Below are positions 42,001-52,388 of a stretch of 64,000 nucleotides of DNA, piece after piece. Position numbers and translations under genes: made by a program. This DNA comes from Eledone cirrhosa. Lineage: Eukaryota. The notes beneath the pieces were generated by a model. It searched no databases. It was not told the origin of the DNA and saw only the letters and a list, made by a program, of their open reading frames with translations. Position 1 is the first letter of the stretch. Each line of letters starts with the position of its first letter. Location: NCBI GenBank assembly GCA_964016885.1, contig OZ024741.1, forward strand, positions 411,990,001 through 412,054,000, in the 5' to 3' direction.

Positions 42001-43351
42001 GGCTTTCATAGGGCAGTATCTAGCTTACTACTGTAGAGCCTTGGCCTCCATAGGGCAGTATCTAGCTTACTACTGTAGAGCCTTGGCTTTCATAGGGCAG
42101 TATCTAGCTTACTACTGTAGGGCCTTGGCTTTCATAGGGCAGTATCTAGCTTACTACTGTAGGGCCTTGGCCTCCATAGGGCAGTATCTAGCTTACTACT
42201 GTAGAGCCTTGGCCTCCATAGGGCAGTATCTAGCTTACTACTGTAGAGCCTTGGCCTCCATAGGGCAGTATCTAGCTTACTACTGTAGGGCCTTGGCCTC
42301 CATAGGGCAGTATCTAGCTTACTACTGTAGGGCCTTGGCTTTCATAGGGCAGTATCTAGCTTACTACTGTAGGGCCTTGGCCTCCATAGGGCAGTATCTA
42401 GCTTACTACTGTAGAGCCTTGGCCTCCATAGGGCAGTATCTAGCTTACTACTGTAGAGCCTTGGCCTCCATAGGGCAGTATCTAGCTTACTACTGTATGG
42501 CCTTGGCCTCCATAGGGCAGTATCTAGCTTACTACTGTAGGGCCTTGGCCTCCATAGGGCAGTATCTAGCTTACTACTGTAGGGCCTTGGCCTCCATAGG
42601 GCAGTATCTAGCTTACTACTGTAGGGCCTTGGCCTCCATAGGGCAGTATCTAGCTTACTACTGTAGAGCCTTGGCTTTCATAGGGCAGTATCTATCTTAC
42701 TACTGTAGGGCCTTGGCCTCCATAGGGCAGTATCTAGCTTACTACTGTAGGGCCTTGGCTTTCATAGGGCAGTATCTAGCTTACTACTGTAGAGCCTTGG
42801 CCTCCATAGGGCAGTATCTAGCTTACTACTGTAGGGCCTTGGCCTCCATAGGGCAGTATCTAGCTTACTACTGTAGGGCCTTGGCCTCCATAGGGCAGTA
42901 TCTAGCTTACTACTGTAGGGCCTTGGCCTCCATAGGGCAGTATCTAGCTTACTACTGTAGGGCCTTGGCCTCCATAGGGCAGTATCTAGCTTACTACTGT
43001 AGGGCCTTGGCCTCCATAGGGCAGTATCTAGCTTACTACTGTAGAGCCTTGGCTTTCATAGGGCAGTATCTAGCTTACTACTGTAGGGCCTTGGCCTCCA
43101 TAGGGCAGTATCTAGCTTACTACTGTAGGGCCTTGGCTTTCATAGGGCACATCCAGCTACCTGTAGGGCCTTGGCCTCCATAGGGCAGCATCTAGCTTAC
43201 TACTGTAGGGCCTTGGCTTTCATAGGGCACATCCAGCTACCTGTAGGGCCTTGGCTTTCATAGGGCAGTATCTAGCTTACTACTGTAGGGCCTTGGCCTC
43301 CATAGGGCAGTATCTAGCTTACTACTGTAGGGCCTTGGCTTTCATAGGGCA
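36099..43351. repeat. Satellite C: 42-bp tandem array, TAGCTTACTACTGTAG(A/G)GCCTTGGC(CTC/TTT)CATAGGGCAGTATC, about 172 copies, very homogeneous
   Basis: Period of 42 read directly. Only two common variable sites. Two shortened variant units near 43148 and 43228. Confidence 0.98.
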
Positions 43352-43459
43352 CACCTAGAAATCAATTATCTTACCTGTTATTATCACATGTCCTACATTT
43401 GTCTATTTGTTTACTTTGATATTTAGTAATGTCAAGGAAAAAAAAAACTAAATAAAATC

Positions 43460-43845
43460 GATGTAGGTTTAGCTGACATCTTACAAGCTTGCATTTTGTA
43501 AGGTCTTTGGGGGTGTTTTAAAGATAGGTGCCCCAGTCATGTCAAGTTGTTGTTGTTGTTACAGCTCACACTGATGTAGGTTTAGCTGACCTTTTACGAA
43601 GTCGTACTTTGTAAAGTTTTTTGGGGTTGTTTTAAATATAGTGGCCCCAATCCTATCATGCTGTTATAGCTCACAGCTATTTAGATTTAGCTGACTTCCT
43701 GCAACGTGGCATTTTGAAAGGCTTTTGAGGAGTGCTTTAAATATCGGGCCCCTAATCCTGTCATGTTGTTGTTATTGTTACAGCTCACATTTAGCTGGGG
43801 GCATTTTGAAAAGTTTTTCATGGGTGTATGTTACAACGGCCCCTA
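43460..43845. repeat. Old, diverged ~105-113-bp tandem repeat, about 3.5 copies
   Basis: GATGTAGGTTTAGCTGAC at 43460 and 43573, with a related motif at ~43678. Each copy ends ...GTTA(C/T)AGCTCACA. Confidence 0.85.
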
Positions 43846-43847
43846 TA

Positions 43848-44302
43848 GTTTTCAAGTAATTTTGAAAATAATCAAGTCTTTGGAGGGATTTAGTAGTATA
43901 ACTAACTTTCTTATTGTTAAGCTGGTGTTAGGAACATAACTTAACAAAGGTTCTTACGTAAAATTATGATGGAAAACTTTTAGATAGATATAAACACTTT
44001 TAAAATAAACAGTTTTGAACCATAGAACCTGGTTGATGTTTGGAACATAACTTAACGGTTCTTACATAAAATTATGATGCAAAGTTGTTAAATAAATATA
44101 AACACTTTTAAAATAAACAGTTTTCTATCATAGAACCAGAGCTGTTTGGAACATAACTTAACAAAGGTTCTTAGATAAAATTATGATGAAAAGTTTTTAG
44201 ATAAATATAAACAATTTAACATAAATAGTTTTGTATCATAGAATCAGTGGCAGTTTCAGATAGTTTGCTATCTGGAACATAACTTAAAAAAGGTTCTTAC
44301 AT
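43848..44302 (+). mobile_element. Internal fragment of the MITE A family with a ~106-127-bp internal tandem repeat (3+ copies)
   Basis: TAATTTTGAAAATAATCAAG..TTAAGCTGGTGTT.GGAA.ATAACTT..AAAATTATGATGGAAA matches 22565-22690. GGAACATAACTT recurs at 43931, 44042, 44148 and 44275. Confidence 0.8.
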
Positions 44303-44608
44303 TGGATGTCACTTAGTCAACATTATTCCTTTATCCCAATCTGATATTAAACTGGTACCTGCCACTAGTCACGTACTTCAAACAGTGAGACATATTTGTT
44401 TTATTTTTGTTTTCACACATACAGTCATGTGAGCAAGAAATCATTGAATTTCTCGCTAAACATTGAATAGATGCATTTTATAAATAATGACTTAAAAATA
44501 AACTGTTGATTAATTGGAGAGTTTACAGAAACCATTGTGAAATATATGGTTAGCACTGTTTGAGGGAATGTTTGTATAATGTAGGATAGAAATACATGAG
44601 TGAAAACT

Positions 44609-44628
44609 TGTGTGTGTGTATATATGTG

Positions 44629-44663
<35 letters not shown>

Positions 44664-44696
44664 ATATATGTGTGTGTGTGTATGTGTGTGTGTATG

Positions 44697-44729
<33 letters not shown>

Positions 44730-44792
44730 ATGTGTGTGCGTGTGTATATATATGTCTGTGTGTGTGTGTGCACATATATATGTGTATGTGTG

Positions 44793-44823
<31 letters not shown>

Positions 44824-44879
44824 ATATATATATATGTGTGTGTGTGTGTACATATATATGTGAATATGTGCATATGTGC
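44609..44879. repeat. Compound (TG)n/(TA)n microsatellite
   Basis: Seen directly. Confidence 0.95.
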
Positions 44880-44904
44880 CAATCCTACTCTCAATATTGA
44901 ATAC

Positions 44905-44995
44905 ATTTACTCAAAAAGAAGAACTGGTCTACATCATTAGATGCAAATGAAGTCGCAGGTTATATGTCAGAGGGACCTTCTCTGAGAGAGATGTC
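44905..44995 (+). pseudogene. Possible decayed GIY-YIG endonuclease fragment of a Penelope-like element
   Basis: Hand translation from 44924 gives LVYIIRCK*SRRLYVRGT, resembling the NLVYxIxCxxCxxxYVGET motif. The match is short and has a stop. Confidence 0.3.
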
Positions 44996-45291
44996 TTAAT
45001 ATATATATATTATAAAACATTGGGAAATACATGGTTATGATTGTTTGGGGGAAGGCCAGTCCAATGTAAGTTAGAATTAAAGGAGTGAAAAACTAGATAT
45101 AGTAAGAAAAAGAAAACATTTGAAGTGCAGGTGTGTTGATGAAATATCTTCTGTAAAAGCTGATGGCAGTAGTTTGTGAAACTTAAGACAGTCTTTACAC
45201 ATTGATGTAGTTGTTAAGTGTTATATAACTTATTTGAAACTGATAAAGTTTCAATCAGTTAAGTTACAGTTTATTACTACGTCATCCAACC

Positions 45292-45667
45292 CATCATCAT
45301 CATTGTCATCATTTTACGTCCGCTTTTCACTGCTTGCAAGGGTGGGACAGGAACAGATTCTGGCTCCATCTCTACAGCTGGATGCCCTTCCGAACACCAA
45401 CCTCATCTACAGTGTGGGCTGGGTGCTTTTTTTCCGTGGCGCCTACACGCCCACTTTACAGTGTGGGCTGGGTGGCACCTCCACGACCACTTTGCAGTGG
45501 AATATAGAGACCCCAGTCCCTATCATCTCATTTCTACAGCTGAGTAAACTGGAGCAATGTGAAATAAAGTGTCTTGCTCAAGGAAACAACACATCACCCA
45601 GTCTGAGAATTGAACTCAACCTTTCGATTGCAAGGCCAATGCTCTAACCACTAAGCCATGTGCCTCC
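45292..45667 (-). mobile_element. Apparently complete tRNA-derived SINE with bipartite RTE-related body and tail
   Basis: Head with A box TGGCTTAGTGG (45658-45648) and B box GAGTTCAATTC (45617-45607), then TCCTTGAGCAAGACACTT. An RTE-5'-like segment (45500-45370) follows. The 3' end CCTGTCCCACCCTTGCAAGCAGTGAAAAGCGGACGTAAAATGATGA closely matches the RTE end at 56525-56570, then a (GAT)n tail. It could be two abutting elements rather than one. Confidence 0.75.
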
Positions 45668-45751
45668 ATGTGGACGTAAAAACAATGACGATAGTGACTA
45701 CCAGATAAAAATAATAAAAAAAAGATATGTAACTTTCTGAGGGTTCTCCAT

Positions 45752-46040
45752 CTATGTAGTGCCATATAATGCCACGTAGCACCATGTAGTGGCATGTAGC
45801 GCCATGTAGCATCAAGTAGGGACATGTAGCATCATGCAGCACCATGTAGCACCATGTAATGTCGTGCAGCATCATGTAGCACCACGTAATGTCATGCAAC
45901 ACCATGTAGCACCATGTAATGTCATGTAGCACCATGTAATGTCACACAGCACAATGTAGTACCATGTAACACCAAGTAGGAACATGTAGCATCATGTAGG
46001 ATCGTGTAGCACCATGTAACGTCATGTAGCACCATGTAGC
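45752..46040. repeat. Degenerate 10-bp minisatellite (CATGTAGCAC)n with a ~30-bp superperiod
   Basis: ACCATGTAGC, ATCATGTAGC and ACCATGTAAT variants in register. Confidence 0.9.
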
Positions 46041-46117
46041 AACCAAGTTGAATTTTTTGTGATTGCAATTAAATCAATATGCCTGTTTAATGGAATAATT
46101 GTTTTTACTATTGTCAG

Positions 46118-46242
46118 AAGGCCAGCAGTTTGAAAGGAAGGGAAGTCAATTAAATTGACCCAGTATATTACTGGTATTTTATTTTATCGACCATGTAAGG
46201 ATGCAAAGCAAAGTTAATCTTGGTGGGATTTGAACTCAGACC

Positions 46243-46244
<2 letters not shown>
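46118..46244 (-). mobile_element. tRNA-derived SINE fragment (B box plus conserved central domain)
   Basis: The minus strand reads TCTGAGTTCAAATCCCACCAAGATTAACTTTGCTTTGCATCCTTACATGGTCGATAAAATAAAAATACCAGT. The B box is evident. Family recognition is from memory of invertebrate SINE bodies. Confidence 0.6.
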
Positions 46245-46290
<46 letters not shown>

Positions 46291-46310
46291 GTAATAATAA
46301 TAATAATAAT
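46245..46310. repeat. (AAT)n microsatellite, tail or target of the Tx1 element
   Basis: About 22 triplets with one AGT interruption. Confidence 0.95.
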
Positions 46311-46611
46311 GATTTCTTTATTGGCCACAAGGGCTGACATCAAGAAAAACATTACAGACGGCACAGGACGGTACGATGTGGGTTTTGTGCATGTAAATAT
46401 TTTTATTATTTATATAAGAAAAGAAGAAAAAAAAAAAGGACATAGAAACATATATATATATATAAACAATAAAAATGAAAATTGAAACAATGAAAAATTC
46501 CCCAATAGGGGGAAACCTCCGAGGGTTACTCGTGGCAAAAACCACACAAAAGACCACGGCCACCCTGACCACCAGGGCAAGCGCCCTCTCTCAATTTTTC
46601 CATCTCTCAAA

Positions 46612-49600
46612 CTACAGGCGTATATTCAGAGCAGTCCCGTTCACTCGGACCATTCTCGCTACATTCACCCACCTTTCAACAAACTTGCTAGAGGGCAGCA
46701 CTTGCCTCTCCACCCTGATTTTCCTCTTCAAGTGAAACTTGCCACCCGGCAGATGAAAACCGCCTGTCCTTCCTCCTCGAAGGAAGACGGCGAGACCATC
46801 TGCACAATGGACTCAGTCGACAACCGGATCAGTCCTACACGCGACAGCAACTGTTCGACATAGCTCCACAAGTTAGCAATGCTCGGACACTGAACGAGTG
46901 CGTGCACGACGGTTTTGTAGCTCTGCGCGCATCTCGGACAGGCTCGGCTGACGGCACTTCCGTGCCTATAGAGCTTATCTCAAACTGGCAGCGCTCCCTG
47001 GTAGCACTGCCAGGCCAGGGATTTTTGGAAGTTATCCATAGGCCTCGGGCTGAAAGTTCTCCGGAAGAAAGCAAACAGCTGATCTTCAACGCCCAGGATC
47101 TCTCCGAGAATGTTGTCGCTCTTCCCCTCCACTAGTCCTCTATAGAACGCCGAGGTGGATGTTCCACCGATACTGGTGCCCAGCTGGGAGAGGGCAGTGA
47201 GCGCCTGGAGACATTCCAGTTTCCAAGCGCTATCCCTCGGTCTTTTTCTGACCCAGGTCTGCAGCTCTGTCAAGGAGACGAGCTGTGGGAAAATGTGCCT
47301 GGCGAACGGCGACCACACCTGTTCACCATCAAGGAAGCACCAGCGATGTTGCAGCCTCAGCGCATGTTTGCGCATCATCAGCCATGGCATGCCCAGTCCT
47401 CCACGCAATGGGTGTTGACAGCAGATGGATCGTCTGACCATGGGAGCGCATCCCTTCCACAAAAAGCGGAAGAGGAGGCGCTCCATTTTGGTGAGAGTTG
47501 GGCTGGAGCAAGGGACGACGGTGAGGCGGTAGCAGATGACGGATGTGATGTACGCATTCCCCATCTCCGCCCGGCCTTTCAGGGACAACTTCCTCTCGGC
47601 CCATTTCTGGATGAGGGAGGCCACCCTGCTTGTCACCTCGTTCCAGTTTTTCTCCATCTGGAAGTCCGGTCCGAACCAGACCCCGAGCAATTTAACCGGT
47701 CCGTCCGTCCGAAGCCCCACGATGCTGTTGGACAGCATGGACTTGCCTCTCCAGGTGCCGAGCCCACCGACTTTTCCTGGTTTATCTTTGCTCCTGTCAC
47801 CTCTTCGTATTCCTTGAGAGCGGTGCCAAGCATCTGGACGTGTCTGGTGCTCGACACCACCACGGTGACGTCGTCAGCGTAAGCCGACTCAGATTTCCAA
47901 CATCCTAGTTCGCGTGGGACGCCCCTCATCGCCCCAGTTTGTGCAGTAACGGCTCGAGAGCCAATACGTACAAGAGGGACGAGAGGGGACAAACCCGGCG
48001 GACTGAGCGCATGATGCTGAACGGCTGCGACAGGTGACCATTCACCCTCACAACTGAGCAGATGTCGCTGTACATTGCTGCGATCCAGCCCCTGAAAACG
48101 GGCCCCGAAACCGGCTGCCTCGAGGACCGCCGCCAGGTCCCGATGGTCGACCCTATCGAATGCTTTGGATTGATCCAAGTTGATCAGGACTCCACCCTTG
48201 CCAGGTTCCTTAACCACTCTCTCTATGATGTATCGCATGAGGTGGAGGTTGTCGTGTATGGATCTGTCCGGGATGGCGCATGTCTGCGCCTCTCCGACCA
48301 GACCCTTGACGACAAGCGCCAACCTCGTTGCCAACACCTTGGCCAAAATCTTGAACTCTGCGTTTAGCAGGGTTATGGGCCTGAAGTTATCAATAACATC
48401 CTCCTTGTTCGGGTCTTTTCTCAGTAGTGCCACTGCTCCCCGGCTCACAAAACTGGGAATGCTCCCGTTCTGCTGCCAGTTGCAGTAGACGTCTGCCAAG
48501 AGGTCACCGAACAAGTCTGGCATAAATGCATAAAGCTTGTAGGGCAGACCATCCAAACCTGGCGATTTACCCCTCGTGCAGTTAGCTATCGCTTCCCGTA
48601 TTTCACCAGCTGTAATTGGCTTTTCGCAACACTGTGCTGCGGTCGTCGAGAGCCGAGGCAGTCCGTCGAGGTATGCACTGAAGTCCATGCCCCGATCCGG
48701 GCCGCCGCTGCTCCCGAACAGTTCAGCAAAGTGCTGCTGAAAAGCTTCCCACATATGCTCTGGTTCAAGCAACACGCACCTGTTTTGGTCAGATAAAGAC
48801 CGAATTGTGGCTTTGTTGCCACGTCGCGCTTCTGCCACCCAGGCCCATTGGACGGCTTTTGTCCCCTCGTGTTTCAGAGCACGCGCTCTAGCTCTGACAA
48901 CGCAGCCTTCGTGTTTTGCGTTGAAGAATTGGTCGAGTGCCAATCTCGCCGCAAGCACGTCGGTTGCGATGCCTGTCCTAAACGCCTCTTCTAGCTTTCT
49001 GACTAGCTCTCCCTCTACTCTATTTTCCTCTATCACTACTCCTTTACTAAACCTAATCAACTCTACTTTAATTGCCCTTTTCAGGGCGAACCATCACCTG
49101 TTGTTGACGATCGCTCCCGTCAACGCCCGCTTAACTAATACGCTAATCCGGTCTCTGTAGGCTTTGCGCGCCGGGAAAGACGCGTTCAGCTTCCAGTAAC
49201 CAGGCCCTTGTCTATGAAGTCTGTCTATGTCGATCTCACAGATCACAAATTTGTGGTCTGTGTAGTCGACTATTTTAAATTGTGGACAACTTATATTAGC
49301 CTTATCTAGTTCTCTGCAGAATACCCTATCGAGATACGATCTGGATGACCCGATGCGGTTTGTCCATGTCCACATTGGCACATTCGGGTGATCCAGTCGA
49401 TACCTGTCAGACAGTTCAAAACGTCTGAGCAGGTTGGTGAGGCTCTTGCACCCTCCTCCCCTATCCACTAGCCCCACACGATCCCAGCGTGCATCCAAGA
49501 TACCGTTCCAGTCGCCCACTAACACTAAAGAGCGGGACGTTCCAAGAAAGGTCTCTAGACGTCTGAAGAAATCTGGCCGTCCTGCCCCTGTTGGGGCGTA

Positions 49601-49933
49601 GACGGCTACTAGCCTGAAAGCATTGCCTTCGCTGCTGGTCACGTCCAGCACCACCGACTTACCTTCTGGGTCTAGGAAGATGGCCCGTATCGCGAGATCC
49701 AAGCCTCTCCGAAAAAGGACGACGATCCCTCCCCCAGATCCTGGACGGCTGGTAGATGCGTAAACATCGTAGCCGCCGAAGATCGGTGCGAAGGCTTGTG
49801 CTTCAGAGATTCTGGTTTCACTGATGGCCACCACCTCTATGTTTAGTGACCTGAGGTCGTTGAGCAGGTGACCCTGCTTCCAAGATGACCCCAGGCCACG
49901 TGCATTTATACTGCCTATTCTGAGTACGGCCAT
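46612..49933 (-). pseudogene. Tx1-clade ORF2 (APE endonuclease + reverse transcriptase), disrupted
   Basis: ATG at 49933 (MAVLRIGSINARG). In-frame stop at 49094-49096 and several frameshifts (track pieces 49094-49969, 47633-49060, 46980-47738). C-terminal stop at 46612-46614. Confidence 0.92.
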
Positions 49934-49965
49934 GTTGGATGAGAAACGGGGCAAGTGAGAAAGGG

Positions 49966-51726
49966 TCACTTACCTTGTTCGTGTGGTGAAGGGACAGTAG
50001 AACCGTCCCTTTCGCTGGTCATGGGTGTTTCCAAGAGGATGTCAGTGTATATCCTCTTGGTAACCGACCCTCTGAAGTCTCCAACTGCGTTGGGAAATTT
50101 TTGTTTTAAAGGTTTGTACTGTTCTATTGAGATTTCGATGATGCTTATGTTTGTCGGGAGAGTTCTTGGTGTTGGTGGGGTGTAGTAGTTTTTTTCTGTG
50201 ATGTCTGTGTGCTGCTTTATATATTGTATGAGTTCTTTTTTTGCCATGTTTATGGCTGTGTACTTTTTTTTTTTGGGGGGGGGGGGATTTTGTTGCTATT
50301 TTCTTCTTGTTGCTGTTTGGTGTGTGTGTCTTGTTGTGTTTGCGTTGTTGGTGTTTTTGGTGATGCTGGTGGTGGTGTGGTTGTTATTGTCAGTGGTGCT
50401 TGTGGTGGTGATGGTGGTGGTGTTGCTGCAAGTTTCTTTGCTGCCTTTACCCCTCTTTGTATGCCTTCTCTTTTGGAGGGTGAATCTAAGGGGCTTTTTC
50501 TTTTTTGTTTTTGTGGCAGACCGTAGTGGAGCCCTCTTCGGCAATTTTGTTGCTGGGGTAGCTACTTCAAATGTAGCTATTGGTGTTGCCGCCACTGATG
50601 ATGCTGCTTTAGTTGTCCGTGGCCTTGGTACGGGTGCTACGGACGTTGCCCTCCTACTCACCGTGGAAGGGGCTTCTTCGTTTGTTGCCTGCCTTGCTCT
50701 TGGTAGCAGCGGACCAGGTATTGGAAGGAGAGGGGCCTTCTTCGCTGTCTTCTGCGGGCAAAAGGCCCTGAGGTGACCTTTCGACCCACAGAAATAACAT
50801 TTTGGCCGTCTTCCTTCTACACTTATAGGGAGTTGGAGTCCTTCCTCGATGTCTATGATATCGGGGATAGCGTCGATACATTCCTGGTCAGTTTGTATAA
50901 GCATTTGCATGCCTATACCTGACCAGTTCTCTCTCCCTAAGGCGAAAAGTACGTCTACTGTGGCGTACTTTCTGCCTCGGGTGATGTGGGTTTTGCGTGC
51001 CCAGACGCACCCCAAGGCCTTTTGGATTTGAGCCTCCGTGGCTCTCTCCACCCGATGTGAGATTTTGCTAACGGTGCGGTAAGTCACCGTCCGTAGCTGC
51101 TGGTCCTTGAAAAAATCGGGTGGAGGTTTCAGGGAAACTCTATTTGCGCTTCTTGTCACCATGGCCCTTGCGACTGCCATCTCCTCCTCTGTGACTAACA
51201 CTGTCTCGATATTTCGAGCGACACCTGCAAAAGAAGTGGTCCCTTTTTCAGCAGCACCACTATTGCTGCCGTTACTGGTCTTACTGGTGGTGTTGAGAAC
51301 GCTATTACAGGTATCGGTGCTATTGTTGTTGTTTTCGTTGGTACAGTTGTTGGTGTTGTTGTTGTTGTTTTCGTTGATACTGTTGCTGTTGTTACTGTTA
51401 TTGTGGCTGTTGTTATTATTGTTGTTTTTGTTGATACTGTTCCTACTATTATTGTTGTTGTGGCTGTTGTTATTGTCATTGTTAATGTCGTTCTCGACCT
51501 TACCGCTGTTATTTTTGTTATTGTCGTTCTCGACTTTACCGCTGTTGTTTTTGTTGTTGCTGTTGTTGTTGTTGCTGTTGTTGTTGTTGTTGTTTGTGTT
51601 AGAAATATTTGTTAATTTTAAATCTGTTACAATCTTCTTTTCCTTTGTAATATTTTCATTTATATTTACCTCCGCTGGAACGCTGTGTTGTCTGACAGCG
51701 CTCTCTCTCTTTCTTGTGTTATCCAT
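49966..51726 (-). pseudogene. Tx1-clade ORF1 (gag-like; zinc knuckle CYFCGSKGHLRAFC; Asn-rich N-terminus), broken near the C/A homopolymer at ~50265-50300
   Basis: Track ORFs 50296-51741 and 49966-50247. CX2CX4HX4C motif. First ATG at 51726. Confidence 0.85.
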
Positions 51727-51964
51727 ATTGAAATTTTTCAAAAAAAATATTTTTACACAAATACGAATACGGCACCCCGTAAAGGGGTGCCGTATTATTT
51801 ACTAGTGAACCCCTGTATGAGGTGGGTCACTTCTTCTAAACTTTTATCAAATTTAAAACTTGAATAAAAGGTTTAGAACGGTTGAAAACGAGGTAAAACG
51901 TTGAAAAAAAACTGGAGGCGATAAGAAGCGTGGCTTCTCCAACAATAATAATAATAATAATAAT

Positions 51965-52076
51965 GATTTCTTTATTGGCCACAAGGGCTGACATCAAGAA
52001 AAACATTACAGACGGCACAGGACGGTACGATGTGGGTTTTGTGCGTGTAAATATTTTTATTATTTATATAAGAAAA
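51965..52076 (-). mobile_element. 112-bp copy of the same Tx1 element's 3' end, bracketed by (AAT)n
   Basis: Identical to 46311-46422 except one base (46391 A vs 52045 G). Confidence 0.93.
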
Positions 52077-52145
52077 TAATAATAATAATATACCGAGTGA
52101 GGGATATACCGAGTGAGGGATATACCGACACAAGAGTGGAGTAAT

Positions 52146-52388
52146 ATCACAAAAGAAAATATCAAATTTGTTTTAAATAAATCTGAGAAATGGAAGTGAT
52201 CCGGCCATGACAAAGTACCAAACTTTTGGTTTCACCATCTTAGAGCTAAACATAGTTTGATGGCAAAAACTCTCTCAAAAATCATGATTTTCCTGAGTGG
52301 AGATGCCAGCCTGGGTCATAAAGGGAATAATATTCCTTTTACCCGCAAAATGAAGGAACCGATGAATCTCAGAATTACAGACCAATAA
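52146..52388 (+). pseudogene. Decayed LINE RT fragment, probably R4/Dong clade
   Basis: Hand translation ITKENIKFVLNKSEKWK*SGHDKVPNFWFHHL..MPAWVIKGIIFLLP..NYRPI with frameshifts. The WKxPGxDxxxNFW pattern is typical of R4-clade RTs. Confidence 0.6.

Larger units (their letters stand above)
46311..51943 (-). mobile_element. Near full-length non-LTR retrotransposon, L1 superfamily, Tx1 clade (defective copy)
   Basis: ORF1 has a CCHC knuckle. ORF2 has an APE endonuclease (SINARGL, ISETR, GDWNG, SYLDR, YTDH), the GPGYWKLN linker and RT (SPGLDG, NFRPITLLN, DQSKAFDRVDH, YADDV, GGLGMP). The 3' UTR ends CCAATAAAGAAATC followed by (ATT)n. Confidence 0.95.

Noticed and set aside
36083-43183. 2366-aa protein-coding gene
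   Set aside because: Pure nucleotide-level tandem repeat with a GTG start and no unique domains or supported exon context. Kept only as a low-probability finding.
177-43351. CRISPR array interpretation of the 42-49-bp periodic repeats
   Set aside because: Units are head-to-tail with no unique spacers, there are no cas genes, and the context is eukaryotic.
43365-43400. Minus-strand splice donor CAG|GTAAGA at the end of satellite C, and CTACAG/GTAAGC motifs within each unit
   Set aside because: No convincing polypyrimidine tract or coding exon. Such short motifs are expected by chance.
44425-44940. His/Thr- and Cys/Val-rich ORFs (also at 35.6-36.0, 52.8-53.2 and 56.6-59.7 kb)
   Set aside because: They are translations of (CA)/(TG)/(TA) microsatellites.
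45595-45667. tRNA gene on the minus strand
   Set aside because: A and B boxes are present, but I see no acceptor-stem closure or T-run terminator, and it continues into a SINE body.
47155-51805. Plus-strand ORFs over the Tx1 element and minus-strand ORFs over the RTE elements
   Set aside because: They are antisense shadow frames of LINE coding sequence with no recognisable domains.
46311-52076. LTR retrotransposon or giant host-derived TSD explanation for the 112-bp direct repeats
   Set aside because: The ORFs are APE-RT with no integrase, protease or TG..CA ends, and the repeat resembles the 3' end of the other Tx1 copy.
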